Sequence record: NZ_CP024182.1
Reading direction: 5' to 3' (one strand)
DNA length: 60,481 bases
From: a plasmid
Under the pieces are notes generated by a model that saw nothing but the letters and a program-made list of their open reading frames with translations, did not search any database and was not told the DNA's origin. Below, one piece after another: positions 1 through 8,548 of this stretch; the first letter of the stretch is position 1, and each line of letters begins with the position of its first letter. A program made the position numbers and the translations under genes.

Positions 1-100
1 CAGGTATTTTTATTTTATAAAATATTTATATTTGGCTAATTATTCACTTACTATAATCTTTTTCTTGATGTAAAATACCTTAAAAATAGGAGATTAAAAA

Positions 101-718
101 ATGGCAGTAATTTTTACTATCGCCAATCGTAAGGGTGGTGTTGGGAAAACAACTTTAGCCACCAATTTGGCAGTGGCGCTCAGCAACAAAGGCAAGTTGT
201 TATTGGTCGATGCGGATGAACAACGTTCGGCTTTTCAATGGAATGAACATCGGGAAAATAAGTTAGATGTCATAACCGTTCATGCCAATCTTTTGGACAC
301 CTTAGAACCATTCAACGATAAATATGATTATATCTTGATTGATGTCGCAGGTCGGGATTCTGAGATTTTCCGAGAGGCATTATTAGTTTCTGACAAATTA
401 ATTGTTCCCACGCAACCCAGTTTGCTTGATTTGGAAGTAATTCCCTATATTGCGGATAAAGCCCAAGCGGCAACCAAAAAGAATCCTGCGTTAAAGGTTT
501 TTGCTGTAATTAACAAGGCTTCTGCTAATCCAAAAAATAACGAAGTCAACCAAGCGAAAGAGTATTTGACAGATTTTCCTATCCTAAAATTGATTAATAC
601 AGTTATTCATGACCGTAAGCAATTTCGAGATGCGATTATTGAAAGTCTTTCAGTGTCTGAAATGGGGAGTAGCAAAGCAAAAGATGAGCTTAATGAGTTT
701 TTAATTGAGGTGTTATAA
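101..718 (+). CDS. parA: ParA-family partition ATPase (small, type Ib)
   Basis: 205-aa ORF. It has the deviant Walker A motif KGGVGKTT near the N-terminus (NRKGGVGKTTLATNLA). It has the typical ParA/Soj length without an N-terminal HTH. An RBS-like aggaga lies upstream. Confidence 0.88.
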   Translation: MAVIFTIANRKGGVGKTTLATNLAVALSNKGKLLLVDADEQRSAFQWNEHRENKLDVITVHANLLDTLEPFNDKYDYILIDVAGRDSEIFREALLVSDKLIVPTQPSLLDLEVIPYIADKAQAATKKNPALKVFAVINKASANPKNNEVNQAKEYLTDFPILKLINTVIHDRKQFRDAIIESLSVSEMGSSKAKDELNEFLIEVL

Positions 719-1087
719 ATGACGGAAAATAGATTTAAAAAAGCCCGTGAACAAGTGGATTTTGTACAAGATGTTAATTCTGATACGCAAGACACCATAA
801 AGGCAGTCGAGAAGGTTATAACTCGCAATAAAAATGAAGTAGTTATTGAGCCAAATAGCCTTACGCCCAAACAACGCTCTCGCACCAGGCATGGGCGTAA
901 TATCTCTGTGCCATTGTATGTTGAAGAATTGGAGATTATCGAAGCAACGGTCGGTAAATTATCTGAACAGCATGAAGTTTCTGTTAGTAACTTTATTCGT
1001 CAAACCCTGTTAAATCGTTGCCAAGAAATCTTGGGACAAAATAAATATGAAAAACTCAATGCGGTAAAAAGAAATGTCGTAAAATAA
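719..1087 (+). CDS. Partition partner protein, ribbon-helix-helix (ParG/ParB-like) centromere binder
   Basis: 122-aa ORF whose start overlaps the parA stop codon (TAAATG). The C-terminal half fits an RHH fold: a beta strand ISVPLYV, then helices EELEIIEATVGK and VSVSNFIRQTLL. Small partner proteins after small ParA genes are the established type-Ib arrangement. Confidence 0.55.
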   Translation: MTENRFKKAREQVDFVQDVNSDTQDTIKAVEKVITRNKNEVVIEPNSLTPKQRSRTRHGRNISVPLYVEELEIIEATVGKLSEQHEVSVSNFIRQTLLNRCQEILGQNKYEKLNAVKRNVVK

Positions 1088-1117
1088 AAACATATAAAAT
1101 AATCTTATATTGAGATA

Positions 1118-1135
1118 AAAATACAGGTATTTTAT
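1118..1135. promoter_or_regulatory. Palindromic motif AAATACAGGTATTT, candidate partition (parS-like) site downstream of the par operon
   Basis: aaaatacaggtattttat has perfect 6-bp arms (aaatac / gtattt). The same motif recurs inverted at 60449-60466 and across the window ends. Confidence 0.4.
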
Positions 1136-1459
1136 ATTTAAAATGCGTTTTTAATAAATGTTTTATTTTTATTTCCCTTTTTTGGCATCTTGCACCACCT
1201 TATAAACCGTTACCCAATTCACCCCAAATTGCTGAGCAATATTCGTTGTTGAATTTTGGCGGTCGCTCATCAACTGGCGGATCATCTGTTTCTCTGACTC
1301 TTTTAATTTCTCAAGTCATCCATCCATTCGCCCCCTTTCAAATTCTGCTAAGGAAGCAAATAGATGAAAGGTCAATTTACCAGAAGTCGTACTGGTATCA
1401 AAATTTCTTTAATCGACACCAACTCACAATCCATCTCTCGCAATTGGGTGACGATATTA

Positions 1460-1497
1460 GGGGTCTGCACAGAATTCGGATCATATAGCACGCTAAA
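1460..1497 (+). repeat. Tn3-family 38-bp terminal inverted repeat (solo end, GGGG outer terminus at 1460)
   Basis: ggggtctgcacagaattcggatcatatagcacgctaaa begins with GGGG and ends with ACGCTAA(A/G), the Tn3/Tn21-family IR signature. Its outer 21 nt match the IRs of the intact transposon at 25325 and 29305 in 20 of 21 positions. Confidence 0.7.
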
Positions 1498-1690
1498 GAA
1501 TTTTGTCGAATTTTGTTACAACAAAGCGTCTATTACTTACGTAACAATCCCACGAAAAACAATTGTTTTTCGTGATTTTGTATATCAGCGCCAATTCGGC
1601 GCTTTTTTATCATGTTTATTTCATGATAAAGCCATAGTTATCTAAATATGATAAGATTGGGTAATTATCTTTTATCGTGAGAATTTTACC
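1498..1690 (+). promoter_or_regulatory. Putative res (resolution) site region upstream of tnpR
   Basis: It lies between the IR and the resolvase start, as in Tn21-like elements. It contains the subterminal motif aattttgtcgaatttt and a perfect 24-bp palindrome cacgaaaaacaattgtttttcgtg (about 1551-1574). It also contains the A/T-rich promoter-like stretch ttatcatgtttatttcatgataaa. Confidence 0.4.
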
Positions 1691-2296
1691 ATGAGTTTAA
1701 TTGGTTATGCCCGAGTGTCAACTTCTGAAGGGAAGCAGTTACTCGATCGTCAAGTTGATGCGTTAAAAGAAATTGGCTGTGAACGAATTTTTGAAGACAA
1801 GGCATCAGGCAGTAATTCCCAACGTAAAGGATTGGATGATTGTCTCAACTATTTGCGAAAAGGGGATGTGCTTGTTGTTTTGGATTTGGATAGGTTAGGG
1901 CGATTAGCCAGTGATCTTATAAAGTTGATTGATGAACTCGCTGAAAAAGACATTGGCTTTAAAGCCATCAATTCACCGATGGATACCACAACCCCTGCAG
2001 GTCGGGCGTTTTTACAAATTCAAGCGGCGTTTGCCGAGATGGAGCGTAATATCATTCGTCAACGGGTGAAAGAGGGGATTGCGGCTGCTAGGGCTCGGGG
2101 GCGTAAAGGCGGCAGACCTAGAATTATGACGGCTGAGAAACTTCGTTATGCTCAGCATCTGATGCAAGACCAAACCAAAAGTATTCCTGCGATTTGCAGG
2201 GAGCTGGGTGATATTCCCAGCAGTACGCTGTACCACTATGTGACGGCGAAAGGAGAGCTTAAAAAGGCAGGGTTAGATTTGTTAGCACATGAATAA
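1691..2296 (+). CDS. tnpR: Serine recombinase (resolvase TnpR)
   Basis: 201 aa. The N-terminus MSLIGYARVSTSEGKQ contains the catalytic Ser-Arg motif of resolvase/invertase enzymes, and a C-terminal HTH is present. It is about 80% identical over its length to the second resolvase at 28460-29071. Confidence 0.9.
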   Translation: MSLIGYARVSTSEGKQLLDRQVDALKEIGCERIFEDKASGSNSQRKGLDDCLNYLRKGDVLVVLDLDRLGRLASDLIKLIDELAEKDIGFKAINSPMDTTTPAGRAFLQIQAAFAEMERNIIRQRVKEGIAAARARGRKGGRPRIMTAEKLRYAQHLMQDQTKSIPAICRELGDIPSSTLYHYVTAKGELKKAGLDLLAHE

Positions 2297-2402
2297 TTAT
2301 CAGTAAGCATGAGCAAGTTATCTTGACGATTTGGCATTTTACTACTAAGATTTACAAAAATGTATTTACAATACTAAATAGATTGATTTAAAGTAGGCTT
2401 AA

Positions 2403-2699
2403 ATGAATTTTTCTTGGGATGAGAATAAGGCTGCCAGTAACTTTGAAAAACATAGTATTAGCTTTGAAGAAGCCATGCTCGTATTTGCTGACCCTTTTCT
2501 TTTGATGAGCCAAGATAGAATCGAAAATGGTGAAATGCGATGGCAGAGTATAGGAGAAATTGAAGGCATTGCTGTTATTCTGGTTGCCCATACTTGGTTT
2601 GATGATGACGGTGAGGAGTATATCCGTATTATTTCAGCCCGTCCTGCAGATAAGAAGGAAAGGAAACGTTATGAGCAAAATCGTTACTCGAAGTATTGA
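2403..2699 (+). CDS. brnT: BrnT-family toxin (type II TA ribonuclease, DUF497)
   Basis: 98 aa beginning MNFSWDENKAASNFEKHSISFEEAMLVFADP, the conserved BrnT N-terminus (FxWDxxKxxxNxxKHGxSFEEA). Confidence 0.8.
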   Translation: MNFSWDENKAASNFEKHSISFEEAMLVFADPFLLMSQDRIENGEMRWQSIGEIEGIAVILVAHTWFDDDGEEYIRIISARPADKKERKRYEQNRYSKY

Positions 2700-2976
2700 T
2701 TTAACCAATCCGCCTAAATTAAGCAAAGAAGCAAAGGCTCGTCTTGCTAAATTAAATGAGGCAGACATTGACTATTATGATATCCCACCGTTGACGGATG
2801 AATTTTGGGCGAACGCTGTTAGCAATCCGCTTTATAAGCCAACCAAACAAATCGCCACGGTACGCATAGACAGTGACGTATTGCTATGGCTCAAGTCTCA
2901 AGGCAAGGGTTATCAAACTCGGATGAATGCTATTTTAAGACAGGCGATGTTAACTGAGTTGGCAGAAACGCATTAG
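2671..2976 (+). CDS. brnA: BrnA-family antitoxin
   Basis: The ATG at 2671 overlaps the end of brnT, the typical TA coupling; the 138-aa track ORF from 2560 is an upstream over-extension. The C-terminus RIDSDVLLWLKSQGKGYQTRMNAILRQAM matches the BrnA RHH-like C-terminal signature. Confidence 0.7.
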   Translation: MSKIVTRSIDLTNPPKLSKEAKARLAKLNEADIDYYDIPPLTDEFWANAVSNPLYKPTKQIATVRIDSDVLLWLKSQGKGYQTRMNAILRQAMLTELAETH

Positions 2977-3214
2977 TCACCTACGATATCTGCTAACCCA
3001 AGTTTTTGTTTTAAAGGTAAATTTATGGGTTTGTTAGACGCTATTTAATAGACAAGTTAATTGACAAAAATAGGGGCGATTTGCCCCTGTTTTTTTGTGG
3101 AAATTGAAGTGTCTAAAAAACCAGCGTTTTATAAACACCTTGACCATTATCATTTTTATAAATACTTGATTAATTTCCTTAGCGTACTATTTTCTCCGCA
3201 TTCTGTGCTAATCC

Positions 3215-3312
3215 CAGTCTCAACTGTGAGCGTAGTTTGAATAGCAGTTTGCAATTTGTTAATTTGGCGTTCATTGCTCTGTTATTAAAAAGATTATGAA
3301 CAGGTTCTAACC
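3215..3312 (+). mobile_element. Remnant 3' end of an IS5-family (IS427-group-like) element
   Basis: The region translates to NCERSLNSSLQFVNLAFIALLLKRL*, nearly identical to the C-terminus of the IS5-family transposase at 35075-35602 (NCERHLNSSLQFTNFAFIALLLKRL*). It is followed by the same terminal sequence aagattatgaacaggttct. About 100 bp remain. Confidence 0.6.
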
Positions 3313-3327
3313 CCTAATGAGCTAGAT

Positions 3328-5352
3328 TTAAGATGTTTTTCTCATCAACCACATAAAGTACACACCACCTATGATAGCTGCGATTGTGCCTGCAGGGATT
3401 TCATAAGGGAAAATCACATACCGACCCAACCAGTCAGCCATTACCATCAAAATTGCCCCAAATAACATACTAATCGGTAATTGTTTATTAAGATTAACCG
3501 CCCCAAAATAAGTTGCCAAGTGTGGTATCATCAGCCCCACAAAACTTAACGGACCAACTGCTAGGGTAGTCGCTGTACTTAAGCCAGCAATCACCAACAG
3601 GACAGCCATATCTGCCATCCGAATACCAAGCCCTAACGACCTGGCGACTGAACGCCCTAGGCTCAATAATCGAAGGGGTTCAATTAATAGCCAACCGCAA
3701 GTGACTAAGATAATGGCAAAGCCGATAAGCCACCATACGGTTTCAGGTCGGGCACTATACGTTGTGCCAGATAGCCAACTTAATATCGATTGGAGTCTTG
3801 GGTCGCCTGCCAAATTGATTAAGCTTAGGACACCATTCATCAACGCCCCTATCGCCACCCCAACCAAAATTAAATAATCCGAGCTTAATTTTTTAGACAA
3901 CATTAAAATTAGCCACAAGGTTGCCAATGCACCCACAATACCACCGACAAAAATACTACCCAATGCCAGTGGCAAGCCTAATAACGAGGCAATCAGTAGA
4001 TAAATCAGCACCCCCACCGCAGAGCCAGAGCTGATACCTAGCACTTCAGGGCTTGCCATCGGGTTTCGGGTATAAGATTGAATCATCACACCTGCCGTTG
4101 CCAGCATAATTCCTGTGGCAGCCGCACTAAGCGTTCTGGGTAAGCGAAATTGATAAATCATCTCGCTATCCCATGATAGCCCCCAACCGCCCGTATGGAT
4201 ATTTTTGGTAAACCCCAATGCCATCATAATAATGACAAACAATGCCAAACTTAAACCTACATAAGTCATGGGAGTAATGGCTCGCTGGCGATAGTGGGTA
4301 AAAGTCGCCGTATCACCGAGCGTTTGGTGACGCTGCCGTAAAATCACCCAAATAATCAAAGGTGCACCCAAAATACCTGTGATTGCCCCCACAGGAATCA
4401 CCACAGGCATTTTCTGCATGAGCATCATCACCACATTACTGGCAAACCATAACAGCCCACCACCGAGCAAAAACCCCAATACCAACCGACTGGCTAACTG
4501 TCGTACCCGACTGATATTAACCAAAGTTGCCGCACCCAGCCCCACAAAGCTTAACACCCCAACCTGACTGACAACCAAAGCCACTAGTACCGCCACCAGT
4601 ACCAATACCAATGCTCGTATCGTGGAGATAGGCACACCCAGACTTTTGGCTTGGGTATCATCCAAGCTCATCAAGCTAAGTGGTTTGAGCAAAGGAACAA
4701 CCAAAAGGGGTAGAGCGATTGTGGTAATGGCAAGTAACTGGGTACTTTGCCAACCAAGTTGAGAGAGCACACCCCCGCCCCAAACCATGACGCCCAAGGA
4801 TTTTTCCGAAAAAAACAACATCATTAATGAGGACAAAGCTGAAAAGAAAATATTAATAATCAAGCCAGACAAAACTAAAACCACAGGATTAAAACGGCTT
4901 GGCATCGCCATAAGCCACACCAGCCCCATACTCATAAGTGAGCCAATCAGTGCCACCCAAAAATTACCATACAAGCCAAGATTCGGCAAAAACAAGGTGA
5001 CAATCAACAGTGCCATTTGAGCACCGCTACCCACTGCCAATGTGGTATCCGAAGCCAGTGGATTTTTTACCAGTTGTTGTAGTAACAGACTGGCAACCCC
5101 CAGTAGCCCACCTGCCATGATAGCTACCAATGTGGTGGGTAACAGCTTGAGCTGTGTGGCTAACTCCTGCACGCTTAACTGTTGGCTTGCCGTAAACAGA
5201 TGAGCAATAGGGGCATGCCATAATTGAGCGAATAGATAATAACTACTAGCAACAATCAGCCCAAGCCAACATATAATGCCAACAAATTGCTTAACAAAAG
5301 ACTTATTCACAACACGGCTACGGGTATTTTGGGTGATAACGCTTTTTTTCAT
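3328..5352 (-). CDS. Iron-siderophore ABC transporter permease, fused double FecCD domain (FhuB-like)
   Basis: 674 aa, very hydrophobic, with two repeated permease halves. It forms an operon with an ATPase and a binding protein. Confidence 0.85.
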   Translation of the reverse strand: MKKSVITQNTRSRVVNKSFVKQFVGIICWLGLIVASSYYLFAQLWHAPIAHLFTASQQLSVQELATQLKLLPTTLVAIMAGGLLGVASLLLQQLVKNPLASDTTLAVGSGAQMALLIVTLFLPNLGLYGNFWVALIGSLMSMGLVWLMAMPSRFNPVVLVLSGLIINIFFSALSSLMMLFFSEKSLGVMVWGGGVLSQLGWQSTQLLAITTIALPLLVVPLLKPLSLMSLDDTQAKSLGVPISTIRALVLVLVAVLVALVVSQVGVLSFVGLGAATLVNISRVRQLASRLVLGFLLGGGLLWFASNVVMMLMQKMPVVIPVGAITGILGAPLIIWVILRQRHQTLGDTATFTHYRQRAITPMTYVGLSLALFVIIMMALGFTKNIHTGGWGLSWDSEMIYQFRLPRTLSAAATGIMLATAGVMIQSYTRNPMASPEVLGISSGSAVGVLIYLLIASLLGLPLALGSIFVGGIVGALATLWLILMLSKKLSSDYLILVGVAIGALMNGVLSLINLAGDPRLQSILSWLSGTTYSARPETVWWLIGFAIILVTCGWLLIEPLRLLSLGRSVARSLGLGIRMADMAVLLVIAGLSTATTLAVGPLSFVGLMIPHLATYFGAVNLNKQLPISMLFGAILMVMADWLGRYVIFPYEIPAGTIAAIIGGVYFMWLMRKTS

Positions 5353-5354
5353 TT

Positions 5355-6380
5355 TTACCCCTTTGGCTTGGTCGTGTTTGACAATGGTGGGGATGACAGG
5401 TTTGGCGGTGCCACGCCTTGTAAGGGCGTTTGGCTTAAGTGGTCAGCAAATTGACGCATGGATGCGATACCCCCACCATATGACCAAACAGGGTCTATTA
5501 TAGCCATACACCGCTTATGACCAAAGCCAAGTTGTTGCCATAGCACGCTTTTATCAAGTTCGGCTTGTAGCATATGACTAAAGGGTTTTATCACTATCAG
5601 ACAACTGTCGTTCTCAAGTTTTGCCAATTCTGCTAACTCAATATTACTAAAGCCCCATTTATTGCCTTGATGAAAGTTGACAAGCGATACGCCGAGCTGG
5701 TCAGTTGTAACTTTAAATAGACTATTGTCAGCATACAGACGTAAATGCCCTGCATCCGCAAACTGTACGATTGCCAATTTTTTGATATTAGGATAACGAT
5801 GCCTAAATTGCTGTCCTTGCTGTTGTAAGACCTGCTGACTTTGGGTAAGGTAAGTCTGTACTCGTTCATTGCCTTGTGGGTTGCCAGCATCTTGCAAGAT
5901 TTGACCCAGTGCTATGGTAGCGTTGGCAAAGTCTTGCCAAGTAGCAACATCTCCTTTGGCTTTAAAAAGCACGGACTTGGTAGGCACACTGCCATACATC
6001 GGGCGGATATGCTCATAAAAAAAGTTATCAATCACCAAATCGACATTCAGTTGTGCGATAAGCTCTGGGTTGGGTTGATAACGAATACCAAGGTCAATGG
6101 TCTGCTTGGGTAGTGGTTTTCCCATCCATTGCTCATACATTCGCAAGTCGCCTGTGGCAATGGGCGGATAGCCCAAAGCTGTTAGTTCGGCGGCAATTCC
6201 CCAATCAGGGGTCAGAATGCGTGTTGCTTGTGTCGTATGCACAGAGGCAGGCGTATCACGGGTGGCAGTGGTCGTGTTAGAATGACAAGCGACTAGAACA
6301 AAGCCCAGTAAAACATTGCTAAAACAACGGCTTAACTGAGCCAATCGATTATGGGTCGTGTATTGGCTGGTTTTTGTCAT
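5355..6380 (-). CDS. Periplasmic siderophore-binding lipoprotein (FhuD/FecB-like)
   Basis: 341 aa. It has a lipobox-like signal (LLGFVLVACHS). Its stop is 3 bp from the permease start and its start overlaps the ATPase stop. It belongs to the class II substrate-binding family by context. Confidence 0.75.
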   Translation of the reverse strand: MTKTSQYTTHNRLAQLSRCFSNVLLGFVLVACHSNTTTATRDTPASVHTTQATRILTPDWGIAAELTALGYPPIATGDLRMYEQWMGKPLPKQTIDLGIRYQPNPELIAQLNVDLVIDNFFYEHIRPMYGSVPTKSVLFKAKGDVATWQDFANATIALGQILQDAGNPQGNERVQTYLTQSQQVLQQQGQQFRHRYPNIKKLAIVQFADAGHLRLYADNSLFKVTTDQLGVSLVNFHQGNKWGFSNIELAELAKLENDSCLIVIKPFSHMLQAELDKSVLWQQLGFGHKRCMAIIDPVWSYGGGIASMRQFADHLSQTPLQGVAPPNLSSPPLSNTTKPKG

Positions 6381-7141
6381 AAGATTGCCACCTTGTAGTC
6401 ATGTTCAGGGTGGTCAATCAAGCGTAATGACACCCCAAATATCGACTCAAGCACCGCTTGGGTCATAGTATCTTGCACGCTACCAAGATGACAGAGTTTA
6501 CCGTCTTTAAGGGCGATGATATCATCACAAAACTGAGCCGACAGATTGATATCATGGATAATCAATACCACGCCCAATTCACGTTCTTTTGCCAACTGAC
6601 GTAATAAACGTAAAATTTCGACTTGATAGACAATATCCAATGGGGCTAAAAGTTCATCAAGTAGTAGATAGCGGGTTTGCTGTGCTAATGCCATGGCAAG
6701 CCACGCCCTTGCTCGCTCACCACCCGACAACGATGCAACCGTCTGTGTCGCCTTATGCTGAATTTGGGTTTGGTGCATACTGTGTTCTACAATATCTCGG
6801 TCGGCTTGGACGGGCTTACTAAGCCAGCGTTGCCAAGGGTAACGCCCCAACATCACCAGTTCTTCCACGGTAAATGCGTGGGTCGCAGGTAAATTCTGCG
6901 GTAGATAGGCGATTTTTCTGCCCAATGCCTTACCGCCTAATTGTCGTAAAGGCGTATCATCAACACGGATATCACCGTGTGAAGGTAGTATTTCACCTGC
7001 CATCAATTTGATGAGTGAAGATTTTCCAGAGCCATTTTGACCAATAAGGGCATACAGTTTGCCTTGGGCAATATCACAGGAAATGTCTTCAAGTATGGGG
7101 GTATTACTTTGTTGCCAAGCGACTTGATTGATTGTCAGCAT
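6377..7141 (-). CDS. Iron-siderophore ABC transporter ATP-binding protein (FhuC/FecE-like)
   Basis: 254 aa with Walker A GQNGSGKSS and the ABC signature LSGGERARA; a Walker B region (LLLDE) is also present. Confidence 0.9.
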   Translation of the reverse strand: MLTINQVAWQQSNTPILEDISCDIAQGKLYALIGQNGSGKSSLIKLMAGEILPSHGDIRVDDTPLRQLGGKALGRKIAYLPQNLPATHAFTVEELVMLGRYPWQRWLSKPVQADRDIVEHSMHQTQIQHKATQTVASLSGGERARAWLAMALAQQTRYLLLDELLAPLDIVYQVEILRLLRQLAKERELGVVLIIHDINLSAQFCDDIIALKDGKLCHLGSVQDTMTQAVLESIFGVSLRLIDHPEHDYKVAIL

Positions 7142-7237
7142 CGAGTATCTCGTCTAAATTTTAAGAACTTTGTTACAATGAATAACGCTGATTAATTATT
7201 AGCGTTAAAGTTAAGAATCTGCCATAGCGATGCTCTA

Positions 7238-8326
7238 TCATCGCCAATAAACTTTTAAAACCATCTGTTGTCTATTCATTGCTAAGGCCTGTTGCAACCA
7301 AGGTCTTAGCGTTTTGACCAGTCTTGCTTGCAGTCCGCCCCACACGCTGTCAAAGGTCATCTGTTCATCCAGTAATTGCTGAATATGTCCTTGTATGTCA
7401 TGGCTATCATAATGATTTATTTGAATTAAGCGATAAGGCGTGGCACTTGTACTGTGTGATAAATAAGCCTGTTCGGTGGCATTGTGGGTCATGACCATCA
7501 CCACAGGTGGGATAGGATTTTGCCATTGCTCAAGTAACCGTGCCACAGTTGGTAACGATGTTTCATCCGCTATAAGCAAAGCTTTGCCATCATGTAAATG
7601 ATGAACATGCTCGGCAAACTCTCGCTGGGTGGTGATGGTGTCGCCAAGCTTGCGAGATGTTGCCCAACGACTGCCAAGATTATCACCATGCACATAGACA
7701 TCTATCCAAACTTGAGCATTTGATGTGGTTTGGGTGACTTGACGAAGGGTGTAATAACGGTGTGGTCGGGGTCTGCTATCTTTGGTTTTATCAACCAATG
7801 ACTCATCGATATCAAATAAATACGCATAGCCTGCTTGGTCAATGACTGTATCGTTTGGTGCAGTTAATACCATGCGATACATATTCTCGGTCACAAAAAA
7901 CCCTTGTAGAAAAGTAAATTTTCGCTCAAGCGTCTGAATCGGCAATCTACCCAACTGACGTTGACTACGCTCTAGGACTTTGACATACGCCATCATCAAA
8001 TCTTCTAATTGCTCAATGGGTTGGTCAAAATCCACCCATAAGCGGTGCAAAACAGGCAAGGGCTTTTCTTGGCTTGGCGTATTGGCTATGGCGTTATGAG
8101 TGGCGAACTGGCAGACCTTCATCTCAAAGCCATGGTGATAAATCTGCTCAACCGACACAGCAATTTGCTGAGATAGCTCACCCAGCTTGGCTTCGGCTAT
8201 CGTCCGTAAGTCATGGGTATGCTCATCATTAATGTGCGAAATAATGTCTGCTAAAAAAGGGGTAATATTAGGGTCACTGATAGGTGTAGGTGGCAATGTT
8301 TGCATAGTAAGATATTTTTGATTCAC
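7238..8326 (-). CDS. Siderophore-interacting protein / ferric-siderophore reductase (ViuB/SIP family) with N-terminal extension
   Basis: 362 aa. The C-terminal half carries RPHRYYTLRQV (the SIP FAD-binding RxYT/S motif) and an NAD-binding-like segment LLIADETSLPTV. About 170 N-terminal residues have no call. Confidence 0.55.
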   Translation of the reverse strand: MNQKYLTMQTLPPTPISDPNITPFLADIISHINDEHTHDLRTIAEAKLGELSQQIAVSVEQIYHHGFEMKVCQFATHNAIANTPSQEKPLPVLHRLWVDFDQPIEQLEDLMMAYVKVLERSQRQLGRLPIQTLERKFTFLQGFFVTENMYRMVLTAPNDTVIDQAGYAYLFDIDESLVDKTKDSRPRPHRYYTLRQVTQTTSNAQVWIDVYVHGDNLGSRWATSRKLGDTITTQREFAEHVHHLHDGKALLIADETSLPTVARLLEQWQNPIPPVVMVMTHNATEQAYLSHSTSATPYRLIQINHYDSHDIQGHIQQLLDEQMTFDSVWGGLQARLVKTLRPWLQQALAMNRQQMVLKVYWR

Positions 8327-8405
8327 TGATTTAAACTCTGCTAAAACCCTTTATCATCTAAGCAGATAACGTTTTTGGCATAGCGTTGCATAGGGTTTTG
8401 AAAAT

Positions 8406-8525
8406 TATAGTAAAAACTGAATTATAATGAACAAGGTCATTCATGGTGAGCCTGTCGAAGCATAGCGACCGCCACCCTTCGACAGGCTCAGGGCGAGCGG
8501 TGCTCATTTTAATTTCCGATTAACT
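8406..8525 (+). repeat. Copy 1 of an approx. 120-bp conserved intergenic element (unknown; stem-loop containing)
   Basis: About 80% identical, without indels, to 25115-25233. It contains a perfect 13-bp inverted repeat gagcctgtcgaag ... cttcgacaggctc. It lies between the convergent ends of the receptor gene and the SIP gene. Confidence 0.45.
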
Positions 8526-8548
8526 ACAGAAAGTAGGCAAAAGACGGT

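Noticed and set aside
1246-1645. ORFs 1246-1488 and 1364-1645 (80 and 93 aa)
   Set aside because: They overlap each other and run through the Tn3-family IR and res-like region. They have no RBS and no recognisable protein features, so this is non-coding transposon-end sequence.
2012-2236. Antisense ORFs inside the two resolvase genes (2012-2236 minus; 28484-28750 and 28707-28913 plus)
   Set aside because: They fall fully within well-supported tnpR genes on the opposite strand and have no start context or motif. This is typical shadow ORFs.
3296-3316. 13-nt identity (gttctaacccct.a) between the IS5 stub flank at about 3303 and the Tn3-family end at about 21137-21149
   Set aside because: The match stops after 11-13 nt and overlaps the IS5 terminal agaacc. 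It is most likely coincidental, so I mention it only as a flank curiosity and not as a third Tn3-family IR.
4379-6113. Short plus-strand ORFs inside the siderophore transporter, binding-protein and receptor genes (e.g. 4379-4567, 4787-5020, 5841-6113, 9755-9958, 10497-10772)
   Set aside because: They are entirely antisense to long, motif-supported genes and have no independent support.
7142-7237. Imperfect palindrome aataacgctgattaattattagcgtta between the ABC ATPase start and the SIP gene end, considered as a third Fur/operator site
   Set aside because: It matches the Fur consensus poorly and could equally be a terminator for the upstream SIP gene, so it is not annotated as a regulatory feature.
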